Source: Patescibacteria group bacterium (GTDB lineage: Bacteria > Patescibacteriota > Microgenomatia > Levybacterales > UBA12049). Taken from it: a stretch of DNA of 64,000 bases. Made by a program: the position numbers and the translations under genes. The notes beneath the pieces are model-generated. The model searched no databases. It saw nothing but the letters and a program-made list of their open reading frames with translations, and was not told the origin of the DNA. Within the stretch, counting starts at the first letter, position 1. Each line of letters starts with the position of its first letter. The DNA lies in assembly GCA_038063415.1 (NCBI GenBank), contig JBBTVD010000006.1:73948-137947 (forward strand). Reading direction: 5' to 3'. Positions 40,450-51,189 of the stretch are shown in pieces.

Positions 40450-41613
40450 ATGAAGGAGATAAGAAAGATATATGTGGTACACTTTCTTGCTGGATTATCA
40501 ACAGCATCTTCTGTTACTTTTACCCTTTACTTTCTTTCTCATGGCATAGACCAATTTCAGATTGCACAATTGTTTGGTTTTTTTATGCTTGCCCTTGCTC
40601 TATTAGAAATTCCAACGGGTGGGGTCGCTGATACATTTGGACACAAAACCTCGGTGACAGTAGGTCTCTTTTTCCAATCAGTAAGTTTTCTTTTGTTCTT
40701 TCTTTTTCCCAGTTACTGGGGAATATTGAGTGGGATGCTTATGAGTGCGTTAGGATTAGCACTGCAGTCGGGGGCAACTTCATCGCTTATCTACGAACTC
40801 CTTAAAAAAGAACACATCCATCAAGAGTTTAAAAAAATCTATGGCCGAGCAAACGGTTACTTTCTTATTGCAGGGTTCGTTGCTGCACCATTAGGTTCGC
40901 TGGTCTATGCGAGCTATCCTAAAGTTCCTTACTTTTTTTCTTTCTTCGTGCTTCTCCTCTCTGCAATTGTCCTATATACAGTTAAATGGGATTTTATAAG
41001 AAAATCAGTAAACTTTGAAAGCTATAAAAATACGCTTATTAGTGGCGTAATGTTAACGCTCAAACATAAACTTCTTATAGCAATTGTTATTATTGGAATC
41101 GCTCTCACGGTAAATAGATTAGTCTTCAATCAAAATATTAGTCAGCCTTATTTGGTTGGAATTGGGGTTGATGTCGCATATATTGGCTTTATTGCGGCTG
41201 GTATTTCTGCCATCCTTGCTTTTATTTCGATATACTCATATAAGATTGCTGAAAAAATTGGCACGAATGCGTCACTTCTCTTAATTATCATTTTGCCAAG
41301 TATTGCCGTATTTATCCTCGGACTCATCAATAACATGCTGGCATTAGCTATAATACTATTCCTCGTTGTAGGTCATGCCTTTAGAGATCCAGTGGTTACG
41401 CATATAGTCCATGAAGAATTAGATTCAGAGAAGAGAGGCACTATGGCTTCAACAATGAGTTTTCTTACAGGTATTGTCGGAAGTGTCATGCTTCCCTTCT
41501 TCGGCGCAGGAATTGATACATTTGGTATGCATACGACACTTTTTCTTCTGGGAATATTTACTTTTGTTATAGGAGGGATTGGATTTATAGTATTTACCTA
41601 TAAAAAAGCATGA
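40450..41613 (+). CDS. MFS transporter
   Basis: LEIPTGGVADTFG, SGA-SLIYE, RGTMAS; 12 TM segments. Confidence 0.9.
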   Translation: MKEIRKIYVVHFLAGLSTASSVTFTLYFLSHGIDQFQIAQLFGFFMLALALLEIPTGGVADTFGHKTSVTVGLFFQSVSFLLFFLFPSYWGILSGMLMSALGLALQSGATSSLIYELLKKEHIHQEFKKIYGRANGYFLIAGFVAAPLGSLVYASYPKVPYFFSFFVLLLSAIVLYTVKWDFIRKSVNFESYKNTLISGVMLTLKHKLLIAIVIIGIALTVNRLVFNQNISQPYLVGIGVDVAYIGFIAAGISAILAFISIYSYKIAEKIGTNASLLLIIILPSIAVFILGLINNMLALAIILFLVVGHAFRDPVVTHIVHEELDSEKRGTMASTMSFLTGIVGSVMLPFFGAGIDTFGMHTTLFLLGIFTFVIGGIGFIVFTYKKA

Positions 41614-41640
41614 GGAAGTAGTGGAATCACTAGCTTTTTA

Positions 41641-43592
<1,952 letters not shown>

Positions 43593-43762
43593 ATAAATGT
43601 TCCTGAGGTTTCTATCAGTTGGACAGTTAGTATGCTTATTTATACAACAAACGCTTTCTATTTGCAATATCCTATAGAAATGTGCGTCGTAGAATAAACA
43701 GGTATACTATACTATAGTAACAAAGCATACTCAGCAAAGAGTAGTCATATTTTGGTTAGTCC

Positions 43763-43791
43763 TTGACAGCATTGTTTTTCTTCTATACGAT
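43763..43791 (+). promoter_or_regulatory. sigma70-type promoter
   Basis: TTGACA, 17 nt, TACGAT upstream of 43831. Confidence 0.65.
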
Positions 43792-43830
43792 AAAAATACG
43801 GGTTTTTCTAGAAGCTCTCTCTATATATTT

Positions 43831-45039
43831 ATGCGTTTTAGTGGTAAAAAAATTTTTCTTTTTGGATTTTTGGCTGTACTGCTTGTAGGTATTCCTGTAA
43901 CAGTCTTCTTGGTACAGCAGCAACAGCAAGATATACGAAGCCGAGCAGAAAAATCTACCACAATCTCTTTTACTCCTGAATCATCAGAAGCTGCGCCTCT
44001 GGAAAAACAAGTTGGGGATCCAGTTGCACTTGATATCATGGTTAACCCAGGAAATAATCTTGTTTCCTTTGTCAAACTTGAAATTCAATATGATCCAGAA
44101 AAACTTGCGACCACTGGAGCAAACACCTTTCAACCAAATACAGTAGCCTTTCCAACTGTCCTTGAAGGACCCATTTACTCGCCGGGAAAGATAGCTGTCA
44201 CACTTTCTGTTGGACCAGATCCGACAAAAGCAATCCAGCAAGTTGTTAAAGCTGCAACCGTTAACCTTGAGGCTATAGCAAACACCGATTCAGGAGCACC
44301 TACGCTTGTTACCTATGGTACCACTACCCAAGTACTTTCTATTGGGGCAAGTGATGAAGCAAGTGAAAATGTCCTTGCGAGCACTGTCCCTGCTGCCATT
44401 TCTATCGGCGGTGAGACAGCCGAACCGACAGAAACAATCCCGACAGGATCACCTACTCCATCACCTATCTCGACAGTTCAACCAACCACATCGCCGGGGG
44501 GTACACAACCAACAGTTGAACCGACACAGACTACTGGAGGGACTGGAGGAGGAGATCCAAATCAATCACCCTTCTGTAGTAGTCTGACAGTCGATCGCGA
44601 AACCAATGGAACAGCACCATTCTCGATAACCTTTACTGCCAATGGCAATGATAGTGATGGCACAATTACGCAAGTATCATTTAATTTTGGTGATGGAGAA
44701 GTTGCCAATATAACAACAGCAGGAGGAATTGGAACTAATCAAGTAAACGTTCAGACAGCACACACCTACAATAATCCAGGAACCTATCAAGCATCTGGAG
44801 TCCTCACCGATAGTAATAATGGTTCTAGTGGTCTCAATGAATGTGTTCAAACGATCGTTGTGACAGAAGATACTGGTACAGGTGGGACAGGAGGTGGAAA
44901 TACAACAACGACACAATCAACGTCTGCCAGCGCAACGCCATCTATCCCTCCAACAGGGACAACAGAAATGGCTCTTGGTATCGGAGCAATTGCCCTGGCT
45001 CTGATAGTCGGTGGAGGAATCCTCTTCTTCCTATTATAA
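43831..45039 (+). CDS. Surface protein: N-terminal TM, cohesin-like domain, P/T-rich linker, PKD domain, C-terminal IPPTG plus TM
   Basis: YDPEKL, GTAPFSITF, FNFGDG, HTYNNPGTY. Confidence 0.8.
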   Translation: MRFSGKKIFLFGFLAVLLVGIPVTVFLVQQQQQDIRSRAEKSTTISFTPESSEAAPLEKQVGDPVALDIMVNPGNNLVSFVKLEIQYDPEKLATTGANTFQPNTVAFPTVLEGPIYSPGKIAVTLSVGPDPTKAIQQVVKAATVNLEAIANTDSGAPTLVTYGTTTQVLSIGASDEASENVLASTVPAAISIGGETAEPTETIPTGSPTPSPISTVQPTTSPGGTQPTVEPTQTTGGTGGGDPNQSPFCSSLTVDRETNGTAPFSITFTANGNDSDGTITQVSFNFGDGEVANITTAGGIGTNQVNVQTAHTYNNPGTYQASGVLTDSNNGSSGLNECVQTIVVTEDTGTGGTGGGNTTTTQSTSASATPSIPPTGTTEMALGIGAIALALIVGGGILFFLL

Positions 45040-45061
45040 ATTACTCATGTTATACATTTTC

Positions 45062-45130
45062 GTCATTCTGGCCGAGTCCAGAATCCGTTTCGCTTAAGAT
45101 CCTGGATGCGCTGCTGCTTATCAGGATGAC
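45062..45130. repeat. Intergenic convergent pair of GTCAT repeats (CTGG type)
   Basis: GTCATTCTGGCCGAGTCCAGAATC ... AGATCCTGGATGCGCTGCTGCTTATCAGGATGAC. Confidence 0.9.
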
Positions 45131-45181
45131 GGGTTGTCTAAGGTGAGTAAAACAGAGAAAATTAATGTTTGATGTATAGAG

Positions 45182-45985
45182 TTACGGATTGGGGAAAAGA
45201 GATTTAATTTTGAGAATAAGCCAAGGTTTTCTCCCCCATACAAAAATCTTTCCTGTCAAAAATGGCTTCCATTGACGAATGATTCCAGATGAAACGAGAA
45301 AATACGCCTGAGGATCTGCTGAAATATGACAATCAATTTTTGAAGGAATATTTTTTGTTAGTATAACTGTACCGTTATCTATAATAAGTGCAAATTGCGG
45401 ACCATTGGTAAGGTCTATGACAAAAGAAGCCACAAGATGCTTTCCTTGCTGTTTATCAAAGACCTGCGGTGTTACTTTTTGAAGAAAAGGAAATATGAAA
45501 TCTATATCTTTGCCCGAAATAGGGAATGGTTTGTTGAGCGTTAAGGCAATAGCACTACCGTGCATAAGTAAATGACACAAACAGTATGCTAATCCTTCAG
45601 GTAGCGTTAAGACACCATAATGAGTCGAAAAGGTGTGGCCATCTGGATACTTATCCGTATCACGAAGAAAAGCATTTACTCTTTTGAGAAGTAGCTCTGC
45701 TAACTTATTACCGTCACGAATAGTATATTCTTTAAGGAAGTCGGCATTTTTTTCAGCAATAATTTCCCGTGTCTTCCCAGGATAAGGACTTTTCGCTCCA
45801 TGTAACACGCTTCTGAATACTTGCTTTGTAACAACTAAATGAGCTGCCATTTCACCAATAGTCCATTCTGAATTTTTTACCTTACGTGAAGTATCTGGTG
45901 TAAGAGTAACTAGTTCTGCTACTCGCTCTGTAACAATACGAATTTCATCTGTTAGTTCTTTTCGTGTAAGAGCATGCGTATGCAT
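45182..45985 (-). CDS. DinB/MDMPI-N-like domain plus SCP2-like C-terminal domain
   Basis: WTIGEMAAHL and HLLMHGSAIA; C-terminal DCHISAD...GKIFVWG. Confidence 0.7.
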   Translation of the reverse strand: MHTHALTRKELTDEIRIVTERVAELVTLTPDTSRKVKNSEWTIGEMAAHLVVTKQVFRSVLHGAKSPYPGKTREIIAEKNADFLKEYTIRDGNKLAELLLKRVNAFLRDTDKYPDGHTFSTHYGVLTLPEGLAYCLCHLLMHGSAIALTLNKPFPISGKDIDFIFPFLQKVTPQVFDKQQGKHLVASFVIDLTNGPQFALIIDNGTVILTKNIPSKIDCHISADPQAYFLVSSGIIRQWKPFLTGKIFVWGRKPWLILKIKSLFPNP

Positions 45986-45988
45986 ATC

Positions 45989-47725
45989 TTATTTGCTATC
46001 CGATATCATTGAGAATAACGCTGACTGAGGAAGGGCAATTTTCCCCGTTTGAATCATTCGCTTCTTTCCTTTTTTTTGTGCTTCAAGAAGTTTGTCTTTT
46101 CGGGTGCGGTCTCCGCCGCTCATTTTGGCCAAAACATCTTTACGGAAAGGAGGAATTTCTTCTCGAGCAACGATATTATTATTGATTGTTCCCTGAATGA
46201 TCTGCCGGAATTGTTGTCGATCAAGGGATTCTTTTAATTTTGCTACTTTCTCTCGTGCAACATAGTTTGCTTCATCTTTGTAGACGAGTTCAGTAAGCAC
46301 ATCAATCGGGTTACCATTAATCAGGATATCAAGCTGTACTAGGTCTGCCTGCTTGTACTCGATAAGTTCATAATCAATACTTCCAAATCCAGCTGTCACT
46401 GATTTAATATCTCCAGCAAGACCTCGGATAAACATTGAGTAGGGCATTTCGTAGGAAAGTACAGCATAAGCTTCATGATACTGCATATCAAGAAGGCTTC
46501 CTTTCTTCTTTTGACAGACATTCATGACATTGCCTACGTATTCTGCCGGGGCATAGACATTCAGCAGCATATATGGCTCTGAAATTTGCCCATCAGGATG
46601 TTTTTCGTAAAGCACTTGTGGCATTGTCAGAAGTAAATCAAGTCCAAACTCTTGATGCAGACGTTCTTTGACAATATCGGCATGCAAAAGTCCCAGAAAT
46701 CCAACCCGAAAACCACTACCAAGATATGCTGAATATTCTTCACTATATGTTAAGGCAGTATCATTAAGCGTAAGCTTGCCAAGCGAATCCCGCAGATGAG
46801 CAAAATCATGAGCGTCGATCGGATACATCCCAAAGAAAACCATCGGCTGAGGCGTGGTGTATCCAGGCAATGGCGCACCTCGTCTGCCTTCAAGCATAAT
46901 CGTATCTCCCACACGACATTGACGGATATCCTTAATGCCTCCTACCAGATAGCCAATTTCACCAGTTTCTAACCCATCGATTTCTTTAAGAAAAGGCGTA
47001 AACATCCCGACTTCCGTCACTTCCGTTGTCATACTATTTTGGTAGAATTCGATTCTCTCCCCCTTCTTGATACTTCCATCAATAATTCTGATATAGGCAA
47101 TTACCCCCCGATACTCGTCATAAACAGCGTCAAAAATCATTGCACGAAGTGGCTTATCACTTTCTCCAGATGGAGGAGGGATTTTGGCAACAACGAGTTG
47201 TAATAACTCTTCAACATTCTCACCTGTCTTGGCAGAAATAAAGAGAATTTCTTCAGGAGAGAAACCAAATGTATCAACAAGTTCTTTTACTACTACTTCC
47301 GTCTGAGCATTTGGGAGATCAATTTTATTGAGAACTGGGATCATAACCAAGCCTTCTTTTTTGGCTACCTGATAATGTGCCACCGTCTGCGCCTGAATAC
47401 CTTGTGTTGCGTCAACAAGGAGCACTGCTCCTTCGCAAGCTGCCAACGTACGGGAAACTTCATAGGAGAAATCAACATGTCCGGGAGTATCAATAAGATT
47501 TAGAGAATACGTAATATCGTTTACTTTGTAACTCATGCGTACTGGCGCAAGCTTGATCGTAATCCCCCGTTGACGGCTGATGACATTTTGGTCCAGGAAT
47601 TGCTCCTGGAGCTTATCCTTGGCAATGGTATGAGTTATCTCAAGCATACGATCAGAGAGTGTCGATTTCCCATGATCGATGTGCGCGATAATGGCAAAAT
47701 TTCGGATTAAATGTTGTTGTTGCAT
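45989..47725 (-). CDS. lepA: Translation elongation factor 4 (LepA)
   Basis: AHIDHGKST, LIDTPGHVDFSYEV, NKID, GFRVGFLGLLH, KLLEAQKKGKKRM. Confidence 0.98.
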   Translation of the reverse strand: MQQQHLIRNFAIIAHIDHGKSTLSDRMLEITHTIAKDKLQEQFLDQNVISRQRGITIKLAPVRMSYKVNDITYSLNLIDTPGHVDFSYEVSRTLAACEGAVLLVDATQGIQAQTVAHYQVAKKEGLVMIPVLNKIDLPNAQTEVVVKELVDTFGFSPEEILFISAKTGENVEELLQLVVAKIPPPSGESDKPLRAMIFDAVYDEYRGVIAYIRIIDGSIKKGERIEFYQNSMTTEVTEVGMFTPFLKEIDGLETGEIGYLVGGIKDIRQCRVGDTIMLEGRRGAPLPGYTTPQPMVFFGMYPIDAHDFAHLRDSLGKLTLNDTALTYSEEYSAYLGSGFRVGFLGLLHADIVKERLHQEFGLDLLLTMPQVLYEKHPDGQISEPYMLLNVYAPAEYVGNVMNVCQKKKGSLLDMQYHEAYAVLSYEMPYSMFIRGLAGDIKSVTAGFGSIDYELIEYKQADLVQLDILINGNPIDVLTELVYKDEANYVAREKVAKLKESLDRQQFRQIIQGTINNNIVAREEIPPFRKDVLAKMSGGDRTRKDKLLEAQKKGKKRMIQTGKIALPQSALFSMISDSK

Positions 47726-47793
47726 GGTGCCTATTGTACCTTATTTCATTTGCCTATGCAAAAAAGACGTGTTAGAATAACAAGACAGCGCGT

Positions 47794-48483
47794 ATGAACA
47801 AGGTTTCGTTGATTATTTGCATTGCGGTGGTAATTCTCTTTGGAGCGATCCTCTACTTAAGCCAAGCAAATAGCTCGTCTCAATCAGCCAAACAAGTTCC
47901 GACTCTGCCGCCTGAAGCAAACTTTTTTATGGCAACAAGATCCGCACAACAACAAACGCAAACCCAACAGCAACCACAGCAGCAGCAACAACAAGTCCAA
48001 GGACAACAAACGCAAACTGACCCAAATGCTCCTGTCTTTGGGGTTGAAGAAGGGGTGAAGGCCTCATATTCTGCGGTAATTAAAACAAGTAAAGGCTCTA
48101 TTACTGTCACGCTCTTTGGTGATCAAGCACCACGAACTGTCAAAAACTTTATTCAGAAAGCAGAGGCCAATTTTTATAAAAATCTGACCTTTCATCGGGT
48201 TGAAGACTGGGTACTGCAAGGTGGAGACCCCAAAGGCAATGGAACAGGCGGTGGGATGATCCAGACAGAACTCAATCAGGTTCCTTTCACGACGGGATCA
48301 CTGGGGGTCGCTCGTAGTAGTGATATCCGGGTATCCAATGACGCGCAATTCTTCTTTACTAAAACTGATGCCCCTTGGCTTAATCAGCAATATACGAATT
48401 TTGGCATGGTGACTGAAGGCATGGATGTAGTGAATGCAATGAAACAGGGAGATAAAATACTCGGAATAACGGTGAGTGAATAA
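47794..48483 (+). CDS. Membrane-anchored cyclophilin-type PPIase with a Gln-rich linker
   Basis: APRTVKNF, TFHRV, QGGDP, QFF, YTNFG. Confidence 0.92.
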   Translation: MNKVSLIICIAVVILFGAILYLSQANSSSQSAKQVPTLPPEANFFMATRSAQQQTQTQQQPQQQQQQVQGQQTQTDPNAPVFGVEEGVKASYSAVIKTSKGSITVTLFGDQAPRTVKNFIQKAEANFYKNLTFHRVEDWVLQGGDPKGNGTGGGMIQTELNQVPFTTGSLGVARSSDIRVSNDAQFFFTKTDAPWLNQQYTNFGMVTEGMDVVNAMKQGDKILGITVSE

Positions 48484-48512
48484 TCTTTATTGGCTAGTAT
48501 AACAACAACATT

Positions 48513-49206
48513 ATGAGCAGATTAGTTGAGGGGCTTAGAGGGCTGAAGGAAACACTACTCGTGGGGGGGCAAAATCGCTACTAGTACGAATTATGACAGA
48601 GATGTCCCACCAGAGGCTTATGATGCCAACGTAAGAAAGATGAAAAGAGAAGCCTTAGCAACAGAAGTAGCCACTGTGGTAGAGAGTTATATCCCACATG
48701 TACGCGGAGATGAAGCTGATTACCATGTTTTGGATATAGCCGCAGGAACTGGTATCGTTTCTCAAGCATTAGCAGGAGAAGGGTTTAACGTTACTGCAAC
48801 AGATGTTAGCACTAAAGCGTTAGGGGCTTTACGCCAACAATCACCAACTATTGCCACAGAACAAGCAGATATGAACCAGGGATTACCATTTGCCGACAGT
48901 TCATTCGATGGTGCTACTTCTGTTTGGGCAAATCGCTTTATAGCGGATACTCCTTTTTTCTTAGAGGAAGTACATCGTGTTTTAAAAGAAGGAGGCGTAT
49001 TTATTTGGCCAATATTTCCAACTGAAATCCCCTTCTGGAAAAAGGAACAAGGACTGAGACAACCAACAAGACCAGGAAAGCTATCTGAACTTGCTCAAGA
49101 AGCAGGATTTTCTGGAATAAAGACTGTACGAAGAGCTGACATAGATGACACTGCTGGAAAACTTCCTTTTCATAGTAGAGCAAATTATCTGATCCTAACA
49201 AAATAA
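48513..49206 (+). pseudogene. Class I SAM-dependent methyltransferase with an apparent +1 frameshift at a G7 tract (intact ORF from 48640)
   Basis: LDIAAGTG, ATDVS, ADM, PFADSSFD, RVLKEGG. The ORF from ATG 48513 joins this frame if one G of 48563-48569 is removed. Confidence 0.6.
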
Positions 49207-49267
49207 AAAAGGGCTTTACCACCTAAAATTGGAGAATGCGCGGTTGGCTTCTGCTTGACGAACCCTC

Positions 49268-49924
49268 TTACATCACTTCTTTTCTCCCCACTTCTTTTGC
49301 TTTCTCTCTAAAAAAACTCTTAAGCTCTTCCAATGACAGTGGCTTAATCATCTTGGGTAGATAGACAAAGTCCTCTACCTTCAAAAAATCTGCTGACAAA
49401 AGAAATGGCTCAAGCTTTACTTTAAATTTTATTCGTACTCCTTCAATTAAATCCCATATACTGAATTTCTGTAAAAGAAAATACAGATCAACAAAATCCT
49501 TCACTTCATCTCGCTGTGTAATGGTCAATAATTTATTTACTGCAATATCGGTAAGGCTATCAACTTTTACTCCATCGAGAAGTTGTCCTTTCTCTAATCG
49601 AGTATAAGGATAATAAGCAAAATCAACTTTGAGTTCGTTCTTATTGGAAAATACCAGTTGATAGATATACATTACTTCAACAAACTGTGATTGAAACTGA
49701 AACTGCTGTTTGTTGCTCCACTCAGTCATGAGGGTAAAGAGTATCTGATTATCAAATTTCTTCTCGCTAAAAAGATCAATATCATCTGATTCTCGATGAT
49801 GCAGATAAACCGCGCTTAACGCAGTACCTCCGGTGAAATAAAAGTTTTCTTTACAAAAAGCGTTTTCTTTTACTTCATCCAGAATGATTTGTTGTTCTTT
49901 GGTGAGGTCTGGTATTTCCCCCAT
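49268..49924 (-). CDS. AbiEii/AbiGii-family nucleotidyltransferase toxin
   Basis: FTGGTAL, HRESDDIDLF, KVDF, NKL, KDFVDLY. Confidence 0.92.
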   Translation of the reverse strand: MGEIPDLTKEQQIILDEVKENAFCKENFYFTGGTALSAVYLHHRESDDIDLFSEKKFDNQILFTLMTEWSNKQQFQFQSQFVEVMYIYQLVFSNKNELKVDFAYYPYTRLEKGQLLDGVKVDSLTDIAVNKLLTITQRDEVKDFVDLYFLLQKFSIWDLIEGVRIKFKVKLEPFLLSADFLKVEDFVYLPKMIKPLSLEELKSFFREKAKEVGRKEVM

Positions 49925-50109
49925 AATAACAGTTCAAGCAACCTTTTCTGTAAGGTAAAAAGGTGCAAACGATGCCAATATTTTTTTACCTCAGCAAGCT
50001 TTATCTTGCTTTTTCCTGGACCGTAATTAATCTGCCGCTCCAGTACATGTATTCTCCCTTGCTCTGTCTTCTCCAGTTCTTTCTTATCATAATCCCACAG
50101 CGAACTCAT
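49870..50109 (-). CDS. Small putative antitoxin of the AbiEii toxin (DUF6922-like)
   Basis: LWDYD...LERQINYG motif; overlaps the toxin start; TATAAT lies 6 nt before ATG 50109. Confidence 0.7.
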   Translation of the reverse strand: MSSLWDYDKKELEKTEQGRIHVLERQINYGPGKSKIKLAEVKKYWHRLHLFTLQKRLLELLLWGKYQTSPKNNKSFWMK

Positions 50110-50162
50110 AAGGTTATTATACACTATACGCTAATAGAAAAGTATGCAAATTGGAGTTTAGT

Positions 50163-50636
50163 TTACCACCTAAAATTGGAGAATGCACGGTTGGCTTCTG
50201 CTTGTCGCATAGCAAGATCTCGCTTACGAACTGCTTCACCAAGGTTTTGTGCTGCTTCAGTAAGTTCTACAGCAAGTTTCTCAGCAAACGTATGATACTC
50301 TTTGTTTGAGCGCTTGCGTGCGGCTTCAATAATCCAACGAAGAGCAAGAGCTGTACGACGCTCATGTTTAACTTCAACGGGAACCTGGTAGTTAGCTCCT
50401 CCGATACGGCGAGCTTTTACCTCAACCTTTGGTCCGACATTTTGCATTGCCTTCTCAAAGAGCTTGACTGGATCCTCACCTTTGTCAGCAATAATTTGCA
50501 TCGCACCATAGACCTGTGCTTGTGCAACAGTCTTTTTACCATCGTGCATGATGTAATTAATCAGCTTTGCGATAAAAATACTATTGTACATAGTATCTGG
50601 AGCTATTTTTCGTTTTTGGATTTTTGCGTGTCTCAT
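50163..50636 (-). CDS. rpsG: 30S ribosomal protein S7
   Basis: DGKKTVA, RRIGGANYQVP, AEANRAF. Confidence 0.98.
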   Translation of the reverse strand: MRHAKIQKRKIAPDTMYNSIFIAKLINYIMHDGKKTVAQAQVYGAMQIIADKGEDPVKLFEKAMQNVGPKVEVKARRIGGANYQVPVEVKHERRTALALRWIIEAARKRSNKEYHTFAEKLAVELTEAAQNLGEAVRKRDLAMRQAEANRAFSNFRW

Positions 50637-50642
50637 AGGTTA

Positions 50643-51062
50643 TTATTTTGCTGCCTTTGGCATCTTGGTTCCATAAATACTTCGTGAAGTCTTTCGACCA
50701 TCAACACCTTGTAAATCAAACTTACCCCGAACTGCATGATACTTCACACCTGGCAAGTCACGAACACGACCACCACGGATAAGAACGATACCGTGCTCAG
50801 AAAGGGTGTGACCAACACCTTGAATATAGGCGGTGACTTCCATTTTGTTGGAAAGTTTCACACGAGCAACTTTACGAAGCGCTGAGTTCGGTTTCTTAGG
50901 AGTCATGGTTTTGACAAGGGTAACCACTCCCCGCTTCTGTGGAGAATCAAAATCAGTGTACTGACGATCTTTGGCATTAAAAATACTCTTTAAAGCCGTT
51001 GAGCGGGTCTTTTTGATTCTCTTTGATCTTCCTCTTTTTGCTAATTGTGATAATGTTGGCAT
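50643..51062 (-). CDS. rpsL: 30S ribosomal protein S12
   Basis: [21 protein letters not shown]. Confidence 0.98.
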   Translation of the reverse strand: MPTLSQLAKRGRSKRIKKTRSTALKSIFNAKDRQYTDFDSPQKRGVVTLVKTMTPKKPNSALRKVARVKLSNKMEVTAYIQGVGHTLSEHGIVLIRGGRVRDLPGVKYHAVRGKFDLQGVDGRKTSRSIYGTKMPKAAK

Positions 51063-51107
51063 ATATTTTTCACCTTGTGCTTGGTATTATAGCACATTTT
51101 CCAAACG

Positions 51108-51182
51108 AAGTAGAAAGTAGATGTATAAAATATTAGGTACCTTCAGTATAACTAATACTTACTCCTGAATACTTTATACTTA
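51108..51182. repeat. Imperfect inverted repeat built from about 7-nt AGTA-core units
   Basis: Left arm AGTAGAA-AGTAGA-TGTATAA-AATATTA-GG; right arm TAATACT-TACTCCT-GAATACT-TTATACT. Confidence 0.5.
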
Positions 51183-51189
51183 GTTCGGA

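Larger units (their letters stand above)
49215..50207 (-). mobile_element. About 1-kb TA islet flanked by a 46-bp direct repeat of the rpsG 3' end
   Basis: 49215-49260 versus 50162-50207: 44 of 46 identical. Confidence 0.75.

Noticed and set aside
43720-43750. TACTC-N6-GAGTA inverted repeat upstream of groES as a CIRCE element
   Set aside because: Does not match TTAGCACTC-N9-GAGTGCTAA in arm sequence or spacing.
47945-48017. CAA/CAG-rich repeats in the PPIase gene
   Set aside because: Explained by a Gln-rich protein linker; no independent DNA-level structure.
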